Below, in pieces: positions 9,340-18,274 of a stretch of 64,000 nucleotides of DNA. The notes below the pieces were generated by a model. That model did not search any database. It saw only the letters and a program-made list of their open reading frames with translations, and was not told where the DNA came from. Each line of letters begins with the position of its first letter. The first letter of the stretch is position 1. The translations under genes were made by a program, and so were the position numbers. Source of the DNA: Bacteriovoracaceae bacterium (GTDB taxonomy: Bacteria; Bdellovibrionota; Bacteriovoracia; Bacteriovoracales; Bacteriovoracaceae); contig JBLWTJ010000002.1 of the NCBI GenBank assembly GCA_048270185.1, forward strand, positions 544,001 to 608,000. Direction: 5' to 3'.

Positions 9340-10989
9340 TTACTTAGCTTGCTTAATCTTCCACTTACTTCCGTAACCGATACCATAAGTATAAGTATCT
9401 TTTTCTTTAACCATACGATCTGTATTTCCGTAGAAAGCAAAACGATCATTAAATAGGAAAATATATGGATAATCTTCAGCGATTAGCTTGTAAACTTCTT
9501 TAAGCATTGTCTTTCTCTTCTCTTTATCAAGAGTAAGCTGAGCTTCATCAATTAGCTTATCTACTCTCTTATTTGAGTAAGAGATAAAGTTTGATCCTTG
9601 GTTCGCAGCTGAATCAGAGTGCCAAATTTGCTTAGGATCCCAGTCAAGTGAACCACCAGACCAAGCTAGAGTAACAGCATCAAAATTTCTTTCATCAAGT
9701 GCTTTAATAAATGCGTTCCACTCAATGAATTTAACTTCAATATCAACACCGGCTTTCTTAGCATCTTCTTTGTACATCGTAAGGTACTTAGAAAAAGTTT
9801 GTGACGGGTTTAGAATTGTAAATTTTAGATTCGTTTTCTTTCCATCAATTACTTTATCAAGAACAGCATCACCATCTGTATCTTTCCAACCATCTGCTCT
9901 AAGAATTTTTATCGCTTCTTGAACATTAAATGGAATTGGCTTCACATCTTGGTTAGCATATTCAGATTGAACGTATAGTGGACCAGTAGCAAGAGCAGAA
10001 TAACCAAATCGGAACTTCTTATTCATTTCCTCTCTATTCATTAAGTAGTTCATTGCCTTACGTACATCTTTTGATTTAAAGATTGGGCTCTTAAAGTTCC
10101 AACCAACAAAACCGTATCCTTTTACTGCTTTGTTTTCAGTTTTTACTTTATGAACTTCTTTACCCCATTTTGGACCACTTGTTTTTTGCTCATATTCTTC
10201 TGGAGATAGTGCATTGAAGTCTAGGTCGCCTTTTTCAAGTCTTTGAATAGCAACAGTCGAGTCTTTAATAAATCTCATGAAGATCTTGTCATATGAGAAG
10301 TCATTCTTATAAAGATCAGTCTTATATCCCCACCAGTCTTTATTCTTTACTAGTGAGATACCCTTTCCTCTTTTTAATTCTTCAAAGATATAAGGACCTG
10401 TACCGATAAGAGTCTTATTAAGTTCTTTCTCTTGTTCCTCTGAAGGGTTCTCATAGATATGTTTTGGAACGATTGCAAGATATCCACCACTTGCAACAGA
10501 AGTTAAGTTACCAAAGTACTTCTTCTTCGCTTTGAAACGAATTGTTCTTGGCCCTTCAACTACTGCTTCTTTAAAGTTAGCAAAGTACGACTTTAAGTGA
10601 GCAGTCTTATATTTATTTTCTGGATGTGTTACAGCATCAAAAGAAAATTTAACATCTTCAACTGTAAATGGTTTTCCATCGTGCCACTTAACACCTTCTC
10701 TGATTTTGAAAACAAAATCATAACCATCATTCTCAACAGACCAAGATTCAGCAAGGCTTGGCTCCCACTCATTAGTGTCGATATTCTTACTAAGAAGACC
10801 TTCAAGAACATACTCTTGAACTCTTGATGAGTAAGCATCTGTTGAAGAAAGTGGATTTAAAGTTGTTGGTGTACCACTTAAGTTGTAATAAAAAGTGTTG
10901 TTGGACTTCTTTGATCCACCACTCTTATTACAGCCTACAATCGAAAGCATTAATGTGCTTAAAAGAATTAAAAAGATTCCTTTTTTCAT
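9340..10989 (-). CDS. peptide ABC substrate-binding lipoprotein (family 5)
   Basis: Lipobox IVGC; TLNPL, KWHDGKPFTVEDVKFSF, GTGPY. Confidence 0.92.
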   Translation of the reverse strand: MKKGIFLILLSTLMLSIVGCNKSGGSKKSNNTFYYNLSGTPTTLNPLSSTDAYSSRVQEYVLEGLLSKNIDTNEWEPSLAESWSVENDGYDFVFKIREGVKWHDGKPFTVEDVKFSFDAVTHPENKYKTAHLKSYFANFKEAVVEGPRTIRFKAKKKYFGNLTSVASGGYLAIVPKHIYENPSEEQEKELNKTLIGTGPYIFEELKRGKGISLVKNKDWWGYKTDLYKNDFSYDKIFMRFIKDSTVAIQRLEKGDLDFNALSPEEYEQKTSGPKWGKEVHKVKTENKAVKGYGFVGWNFKSPIFKSKDVRKAMNYLMNREEMNKKFRFGYSALATGPLYVQSEYANQDVKPIPFNVQEAIKILRADGWKDTDGDAVLDKVIDGKKTNLKFTILNPSQTFSKYLTMYKEDAKKAGVDIEVKFIEWNAFIKALDERNFDAVTLAWSGGSLDWDPKQIWHSDSAANQGSNFISYSNKRVDKLIDEAQLTLDKEKRKTMLKEVYKLIAEDYPYIFLFNDRFAFYGNTDRMVKEKDTYTYGIGYGSKWKIKQAK

Positions 10990-11061
10990 AAACTTATCCC
11001 TTTTTATATTTAGCGTGTCACGATATAAAATTTTACATCAATTGGCTAGAAGCACATTAAA

Positions 11062-11084
11062 ATGGACGGACTACGTCTGTCCAT
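11062..11084. repeat. inverted repeat (weak terminator of the 11113 ORF, or operator upstream of the peptide ABC operon)
   Basis: ATGGACGGAC-TAC-GTCTGTCCAT, 9/10 Watson-Crick pairs. Confidence 0.45.
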
Positions 11085-11112
11085 AGCAAAAATTTACAGG
11101 GATCATATGTGA

Positions 11113-11838
11113 TTATTTCAAAACATAATTTTTTGGGTCGAGTGACCAGCGATCTTCCTTTAGATTTTTAGACTCTATGCGATATTGTTGTAATTTAAAA
11201 TCAACTTCATTAAGACGTGATTGTAGACCCTCAGTATTGCGAACAAGCTGTTGCTGGTCTTCTTCAAGTCGACGCAGTTCGTCTCGCCACTCTTTCTCAA
11301 GTTTTTGGCGCAAAACATCATAGCGAGAATTCAGTGTTTCGACTCGCTGAGTATATGTCACAAGATCTTGTTTATTGCGGTTTACTTTAGAAAGTAAGGC
11401 CAATCTTTTCTTGGCGAGAATTTCAATTAATTCATTACCCATTGCGACATTATTAACAAGGTCCTGTGAAAAGAAATTATAGTAACGCCCTGTTGCAAAA
11501 GTTGAGTGGCGATTACATTCATCAAATTTTGGAATTCTAACAAGAAGATAGTCACTTGTTCTGGCCATTACAATGGCACGACATTTTGAATCCTCTCGAT
11601 GAAGTCCCCACAACTGAACTTCATCAAGTCGATTTACATATTTGATATTATCAAAATCCATTTTAAAACGAACAAGTCTGGCCTTAGGCTCAATATGTGA
11701 AACCCTACCGGCAAAGTGGCCAAGCTCTTGCTTAAAATCAAGCTCACTTGCATGGCCGATCATTGCACTCAAAAATATTGTACAAATAATGAATATTCTC
11801 ATTAACTCCATTTTGCCATAAGAATGGAATTTGAACAT
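11113..11838 (-). CDS. hypothetical exported protein with C-terminal coiled coil
   Basis: Signal-like segment ending GHA; heptad-rich C-terminal half; start probably at a downstream Met. Confidence 0.65.
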   Translation of the reverse strand: MFKFHSYGKMELMRIFIICTIFLSAMIGHASELDFKQELGHFAGRVSHIEPKARLVRFKMDFDNIKYVNRLDEVQLWGLHREDSKCRAIVMARTSDYLLVRIPKFDECNRHSTFATGRYYNFFSQDLVNNVAMGNELIEILAKKRLALLSKVNRNKQDLVTYTQRVETLNSRYDVLRQKLEKEWRDELRRLEEDQQQLVRNTEGLQSRLNEVDFKLQQYRIESKNLKEDRWSLDPKNYVLK

Positions 11839-11859
11839 TTAGTGGCAAGAGATGCCTTG

Positions 11860-12570
11860 CTACAATGGCTTTTGAACGATTATCGACTGAGTAAGCTCTT
11901 TATTATGAATTGGCTCTTCAAAGTGCAGAATTCTAAAATCACTAAACATTTCTAAAAGCTCTGCTTTCTTAAGGAAATAAGAATCAAAGCTCTCGTCCTT
12001 AAACTTTTTCTTGTGCTCTAGTGTATAACCCTCATAAATGAGAATACCACCAGGCTTGAGCCATCTTTTAAGTTTTTTAGATACTTCACGGTCGACATAG
12101 TAGAAACATATAATTGAATCAATTGAATTCTCTGCTACTTTAAGATCATTAATGGATTTATGGATCGTTTTGATACGGACACCTGCCTGCCTAGCAAGTT
12201 TTAGTGACTTCTCAATAGCTACAGAGCTGATATCAACACCAGTTACTTTGTAGCCTTTTGTAGCAAGAAAGACAGCATTTCGCCCCTCTCCCATTCCAAT
12301 ATCTAAAACCTTCGCTCCAGGTGGAATATATTGATAATTTCTGGCCAGAAATTGAGCAGCTGATTTACCGTAAATATAGTCATGATTAGCAAATTTCTTA
12401 TCCCAGCGATTAAAGGGCTTCTCTCTAACTTTTTGGCCAGTTAGGATCTCATAGCGACTACCAGAGATAACATCTCTAGCATTAGCATTAAAAATAAATA
12501 AATTTAAAAATATAATCAGGCTAAGCAACGTCTGAATTTTCGGCCTCTTCATGAGATTCAAGCTCCGCAT
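11860..12570 (-). CDS. class I SAM-dependent methyltransferase (TehB-like) with signal-peptide-like N-terminus
   Basis: VLDIGMGEGRNAVFLA, VTGVDIS, LKPGG. Confidence 0.85.
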   Translation of the reverse strand: MRSLNLMKRPKIQTLLSLIIFLNLFIFNANARDVISGSRYEILTGQKVREKPFNRWDKKFANHDYIYGKSAAQFLARNYQYIPPGAKVLDIGMGEGRNAVFLATKGYKVTGVDISSVAIEKSLKLARQAGVRIKTIHKSINDLKVAENSIDSIICFYYVDREVSKKLKRWLKPGGILIYEGYTLEHKKKFKDESFDSYFLKKAELLEMFSDFRILHFEEPIHNKELTQSIIVQKPL

Positions 12571-12925
12571 TTAAATACAAGTTTAATTGATCGTACTTGT
12601 TTTTTACCGTTTTTACCATAGCGTGAACTTTATCTTCAATTGTTGCGGGCATGTCTTGGGTATGAGTTAGATACCATCGAAGTTCATCAACAGTATTATA
12701 ATAATCTTCTAAATTGATAATTAATTCATCTGAAAGCAACATCAGTTGCTCGATTGTAATTGTTTTAAAATTTGAATTAAAAACCGCATTGAAGTGATCA
12801 CGGGTTCTCTTCATCGATAGTATTTGTAGGTACTCTCTTTCGCGATTAATGATTCGATCAGCTAATCGTGATGAGTCCATTCTTAATATAATAAGTAAGC
12901 GACTAACTTCTTTTGAAACTCTCAC
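12521..12925 (-). CDS. hypothetical helical protein
   Basis: 134-aa ORF with GTG start and GGGGAG SD. Confidence 0.65.
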   Translation of the reverse strand: MRVSKEVSRLLIILRMDSSRLADRIINREREYLQILSMKRTRDHFNAVFNSNFKTITIEQLMLLSDELIINLEDYYNTVDELRWYLTHTQDMPATIEDKVHAMVKTVKNKYDQLNLYLNAELESHEEAENSDVA

Positions 12926-12948
12926 TTTCTCCCCTTCATATTGGTATT

Positions 12949-13401
12949 TTAGTACTCAGGAATTCTAGCTCGACGCCCACCTGGCCAACGAGAAGAGTTT
13001 GTCACTAATTTGCTAAAGATTTCTTGGCCAGCTAAGTCCGCCATTCGGAACATGCTGACAGGAAGTCTTTCTTGAAAAACCTTCTTTGTTTTTAAGATCG
13101 AATCGTCGTGTGAAACTTCAAATGAACTAAATTCGAAGAGTGTCACACTCCCCTGCCTAATCATATAATTTAAATAGCGACTGAGTAATTTATTATAATT
13201 AACAAATGAACGAATATCGCGAACACATGCAATAATGAATTGATGTTCACGCATACGAATTGACTTGAAGTCATCAAGTTTCATTGGAACAAGTTTCATC
13301 CCAAATTCATTAAAGACACGAGACATGTAGAGGAAGTCTTTCCCTAGGCTCTTTTCAAATTGTAAATAGATGACGTAATTCGATGTTCTCACATAGAACA
13401 T
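12949..13401 (-). CDS. hypothetical protein
   Basis: 150-aa ORF ending WPGGRRARIPEY; start uncertain. Confidence 0.6.
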   Translation of the reverse strand: MFYVRTSNYVIYLQFEKSLGKDFLYMSRVFNEFGMKLVPMKLDDFKSIRMREHQFIIACVRDIRSFVNYNKLLSRYLNYMIRQGSVTLFEFSSFEVSHDDSILKTKKVFQERLPVSMFRMADLAGQEIFSKLVTNSSRWPGGRRARIPEY

Positions 13402-13474
13402 TTCGGCATTGTTATTTGTTTAATGAAGGGATGAATGTGTTTTGGGAAAACTTTACCGGTTAGAATAGAAGTTC

Positions 13475-13909
13475 AAAGGCCTTCACCTGACCTCCCATAC
13501 TGGTCGGTCGGCGTTTCTCGTCGTCATTTTGCCATCGTGGCAAATGCCGCCTTAAAAAGAAAGGCCGAGAGGACAACTTTAATACCACACACGTCACTCT
13601 CGGCCTCTTAAGCTTTGGATTAAATCATAGGGAGAGAGGGATGTATCTCCAAAGCTTTATAACTTCCATGTTTCTCTTGCGTCCATCCGTGGACACAGTT
13701 AAATCTTTTTTTAGAAAGGGGCCTAGAGGGGGATTAGTGCTAAAGCATCGTGCTTTCTACAATTCTGTGGCCCCATTCCTCTAGGCCCTTTTATCCTGCA
13801 AATAACCTTAAATTCCTAAGTGTTACTCACAGTAACCATCGCAACGTCCTATTGCTGATTTTCCAAAAACGTCCTATTTTTGGAGAGGCTCCCTGGCCCC
13901 TTGGTTACT
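13475..13909 (-). ncRNA. putative CsrB/RsmY-like multi-hairpin small RNA (~430 nt)
   Basis: About 12 stems; loops CAGGGA, UAGGACG (x2), ACGGAU, AUGGAA, AUGGGA; 5' AGUAACCA pairs with UGGUUACU; sigma-54 promoter placed directly upstream. Confidence 0.72.
13554..13606 (-). terminator. internal terminator-like stem within the ncRNA
   Basis: AGGCCGAGAG...CTCTCGGCCT (10 bp) followed by TTCTTTTT on minus strand; loop is large. Confidence 0.45.
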
Positions 13910-13917
13910 ATCTATAA

Positions 13918-13933
13918 AGCAGGATGCGTGCCA
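13918..13933 (-). promoter_or_regulatory. sigma-54 (-24/-12) promoter
   Basis: Minus strand TGGCACGCATCCTGCT with exact GG-N10-GC spacing; predicted TSS ~13907-13909. Confidence 0.8.
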
Positions 13934-13950
13934 AAATTGCTTAATAATAG

Positions 13951-13963
13951 ATTCAATAACTTA
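13951..13963. promoter_or_regulatory. IHF-like site
   Basis: ATTCAATAACTTA, one mismatch to WATCAANNNNTTR; lies between the sigma-54 promoter and the candidate UAS. Confidence 0.45.
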
Positions 13964-14119
13964 CAAAAAATTGACAAAGAAATGTCCAAAACGCCCCACA
14001 GGCCGCGCCAAAGAATGTTAAGTGGTCCTACAAAAACAGCCACTTAGCGTAGGACCAAAAAGGAACTAATACTTGAGTAGTTTCCTTTCTGGCCCCATAG
14101 AAAAATTATTTGATGATAC

Positions 14120-14884
14120 TTAGAGAGATTTTCCGATTCGTGATGGCCTGAAGTGGAATGGTTTATCTGACCATGGGTAAACTAATGACATCCAAACCAT
14201 GAATGCCTTTCCACGAATATTCTTGATAGGAACAAAGCCCCAAACACGTGAATCACTTGAGTAGTCACGGTTATCACCCATTACAAAAACGTGATCAGCA
14301 GGAACAGTGACTTTATCTTGATTTAGGTGTCTAAAGAAAGTTGGATTCTCACCAATCGTAAATTCCTTATCCCCTAATTTTTGACGATAGAATTTTAAGT
14401 CTTCTGGATTAAGTGTTGGCTCCTTATCATAGAGAGAGCGAAGTTCTTTATCTTCCTCTGCACTTACTTCTTCTTTCTTCACTTCCTCACCATTGATGAA
14501 TAATTTATTTTCATAAACTTCTACGGTATCCCCAGGTACGGCAATAGTTCTCTTAACATAGAGAATTGCCGGATTGATTGGGTATTCGAAAACAACAATA
14601 TCACCTCTTTTAGGAGCTGATTGTGATCCAAAATAAATAGGATTAAAAAATTCAGTAAAAGGAACTTTTAGGCCATATGACATTTTATTAACGACAATAG
14701 AGTCACCAATAGCATTTGTCGGAAGAAGAGATCCTGTTGGAATATGGTAGTGATCGATGAAAGTTGATCTGAAACCAAAGACAATTAAAATGATTTTGAT
14801 CCAAGAAAGTGCTTCATCTTTGAACCACTGCCCAGATAGAAAAGCAGGCTTTGGAGCCTCTACTTTTGGTGCTTTATTAAACAT
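14120..14884 (-). CDS. lepB: signal peptidase I
   Basis: IPTGSLLPT (Ser), RGDIVVF, YVKR (Lys), MGDNRDYSSDSRVWGFVP. Confidence 0.93.
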   Translation of the reverse strand: MFNKAPKVEAPKPAFLSGQWFKDEALSWIKIILIVFGFRSTFIDHYHIPTGSLLPTNAIGDSIVVNKMSYGLKVPFTEFFNPIYFGSQSAPKRGDIVVFEYPINPAILYVKRTIAVPGDTVEVYENKLFINGEEVKKEEVSAEEDKELRSLYDKEPTLNPEDLKFYRQKLGDKEFTIGENPTFFRHLNQDKVTVPADHVFVMGDNRDYSSDSRVWGFVPIKNIRGKAFMVWMSLVYPWSDKPFHFRPSRIGKSL

Positions 14885-15023
14885 ATTTCCTCACTTAGTA
14901 ATGGAGATTATTATAGCGACTGCATTAGTCATTGTATAAGGCTTTGCGCGTCACAAACTTAAGTTGCGAGAACGTTATTTCTTTTCATAGAATATTATTT
15001 ATAAATTCTATTAGGGAGGAATT

Positions 15024-15419
15024 ATGAAAAATATTATTTTATCATTTGTATTCTGTCTTGTCGGTGCTTTAAGTGTACAAGCAACGGAGCAAAACCAAGA
15101 GTCTTACTACCCACGTTATTGTTCAAACTTTGGTGATAAAGTAAGCTTCTCATTCACAAGCTGTGTAAATTCAAATTACAGTCAAGTTGGATTTGAATTA
15201 AGAGGTATCTTCTTAAACCATTGTTCAAATTTTGGTGACAATCTTTCTTACTCATTCCAAAGTTGTGTAACAAATAACTTTCACAAAATTGAAAGAGAGC
15301 TAGGAATCTTCCTTAGCTACTGTTCAAACTTTGGAGACGGTGTTAGCTACTCTTACGTAAGCTGTATCAATCGTAACTTTAGTGAGATTAGTCGAGAACT
15401 CGACAGACAAAGAGACTAA
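15024..15419 (+). CDS. secreted protein with three CSNFGD-x8-C repeats
   Basis: Signal peptide ending VQA; SD GGGAGG; three 33-34 aa repeats. Confidence 0.85.
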   Translation: MKNIILSFVFCLVGALSVQATEQNQESYYPRYCSNFGDKVSFSFTSCVNSNYSQVGFELRGIFLNHCSNFGDNLSYSFQSCVTNNFHKIERELGIFLSYCSNFGDGVSYSYVSCINRNFSEISRELDRQRD

Positions 15420-15425
15420 AAAAGC

Positions 15426-15450
15426 AAAGGCCCTTTTCAAGGGCCTTTTT
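15426..15450. terminator. bidirectional intrinsic terminator
   Basis: AAAGGCCCTT-TTC-AAGGGCCTTT flanked by A/T runs between convergent genes. Confidence 0.85.
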
Positions 15451-15842
15451 TATTTGAGTAATACTTCTATTTTCTTTTCTAAAACTTCTGTTGAAAAAGG
15501 TTTTAACAAGTAATTATTTGCGCCACATTCAATTATTCTTCTAATCATCGCTGTTTCTGATTCTGAACTCACCATTAAAACAGGAACACCAGCAACCCTT
15601 TCATCAGCTCTAAGTTGTCTAAGAAAGTCAAAACCATCTGCATTTGGCATATGCATATCACAAAGGATTACCTGAAACGGACTTCCCTTTTCATACTCTT
15701 CAACAACTTTATTAAAGGCAACAGCTCCATCTTCTGCCTCTAAAACTTCCGTCATTCCCATATCTTCTAAGATCGAACTTACCGAATTTCTAATATAATC
15801 AAGATCGTCGACAACCAATGCTTTAACTCCAGAATAATCCAT
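15450..15842 (-). CDS. single-domain response regulator (CheY-like)
   Basis: LVVDD, ILCDMHMPNADG, YLLKPF. Confidence 0.9.
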   Translation of the reverse strand: MDYSGVKALVVDDLDYIRNSVSSILEDMGMTEVLEAEDGAVAFNKVVEEYEKGSPFQVILCDMHMPNADGFDFLRQLRADERVAGVPVLMVSSESETAMIRRIIECGANNYLLKPFSTEVLEKKIEVLLK

Positions 15843-15882
15843 CGTTCTTCCCTCCAGGAAAATTATTTCCGTAATAAAAATT

Positions 15883-15909
15883 ATATCGGAGTTCCATGAA
15901 ATTTCTTTA
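15883..15909 (-). promoter_or_regulatory. sigma-28 (FliA)-type promoter
   Basis: Minus strand TAAA-N15-TCCGATAT, about 40 nt upstream of the CheY-like start. Confidence 0.6.
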
Positions 15910-16047
15910 TTTATTTAAGAAAAGCTTTATAAGGTCTTAATTTTATAGGGGGTTGATAATCGGTTGTTCGTAGATTTACTGCCTTATTTGGTTGGTAGGC
16001 TAATTAATTTTTGAGGGGCTGGGTTATATGAGAAAGTATTTTCACTC

Positions 16048-16266
16048 ATTTTCACTTCGTGAAAATATCGTTCTTCTTTGCGATGTCTTTCCCATTGGCC
16101 TAGAGACAACGAAGCCGGGCTTGGACCCGGCTTGTTGAAATAATTCATTTTCTTTTGCAGTGAGGCCTAGCGCCGCGAACAATAGACTGGCCTTAGCCAG
16201 TCAATTTCGCGGTCGCTTCCCAGGCATACTGCCAAGGTGATTAGACTTTTGAGCTTTGCTCAAAAG
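16048..16266. repeat. cluster of hairpins (REP-like element or ncRNA), including a possible groEL terminator at 16246-16266
   Basis: Stems at 16048-16066, 16112-16133, 16157-16232 (long interrupted) and 16246-16266. Confidence 0.55.
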
Positions 16267-16267
16267 G

Positions 16268-17917
<1,650 letters not shown>

Positions 17918-17934
17918 CTATATAATCGATTTGA

Positions 17935-18222
17935 TTAAACTAAAATTCCTAAAATATCTGATTCTTTCATAATAAGGTACTCTTGCCCTTCAAGCTTAAC
18001 TTCGCTTCCAGCAAATTTACCAAATAGAACCTTATCGCCTTTTTTAACAGCAAGCTCTGCAATTGATCCATTATCTAAACGATAACCTGGCCCAACAGCA
18101 ATAACTTCACCTTCACTTGGCTTTTCAGAGTTGTTATCTGGAATATAGATTCCACCAGCAGTCTTTGTTTCATTTTCAATTCTTTTGATTAGAACTCTAT
18201 CTTGTAATGGTTTAACTTGCAT
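17935..18222 (-). CDS. groES: co-chaperonin GroES (start revised to MQVKPL)
   Basis: [23 protein letters not shown] at 18227-18231. Confidence 0.98.
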   Translation of the reverse strand: MQVKPLQDRVLIKRIENETKTAGGIYIPDNNSEKPSEGEVIAVGPGYRLDNGSIAELAVKKGDKVLFGKFAGSEVKLEGQEYLIMKESDILGILV

Positions 18223-18274
18223 AATACCTCCAGTTAAATACATTTTTTATTTAATTTATAAATCTTTAACGACA

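Noticed and set aside
13400..13426. Sigma-28-like TCAT-N15-GCCGAAAT at the start of the 150-aa ORF
   Set aside because: The -35 is poor and the -10 overlaps the annotated ATG; too weak to call.
13475..13909. CRISPR array or c-di-GMP riboswitch (merRNA-like) explanation for the structured gap
   Set aside because: No equal-length direct repeats with spacers and no cas genes. I could not find the c-di-GMP-I GAAA tetraloop/receptor core by eye; cmscan would settle it.
13995..14012. Second sigma-54-like site TGGCGCGGCCTGTGG (minus strand)
   Set aside because: The -12 position is GG, not GC.
16157..16232. SRP RNA or 6S RNA identity for the long hairpin
   Set aside because: Lacks the SRP helix-8 CAGG-GNRA-AGCA motif and is too short for 6S.
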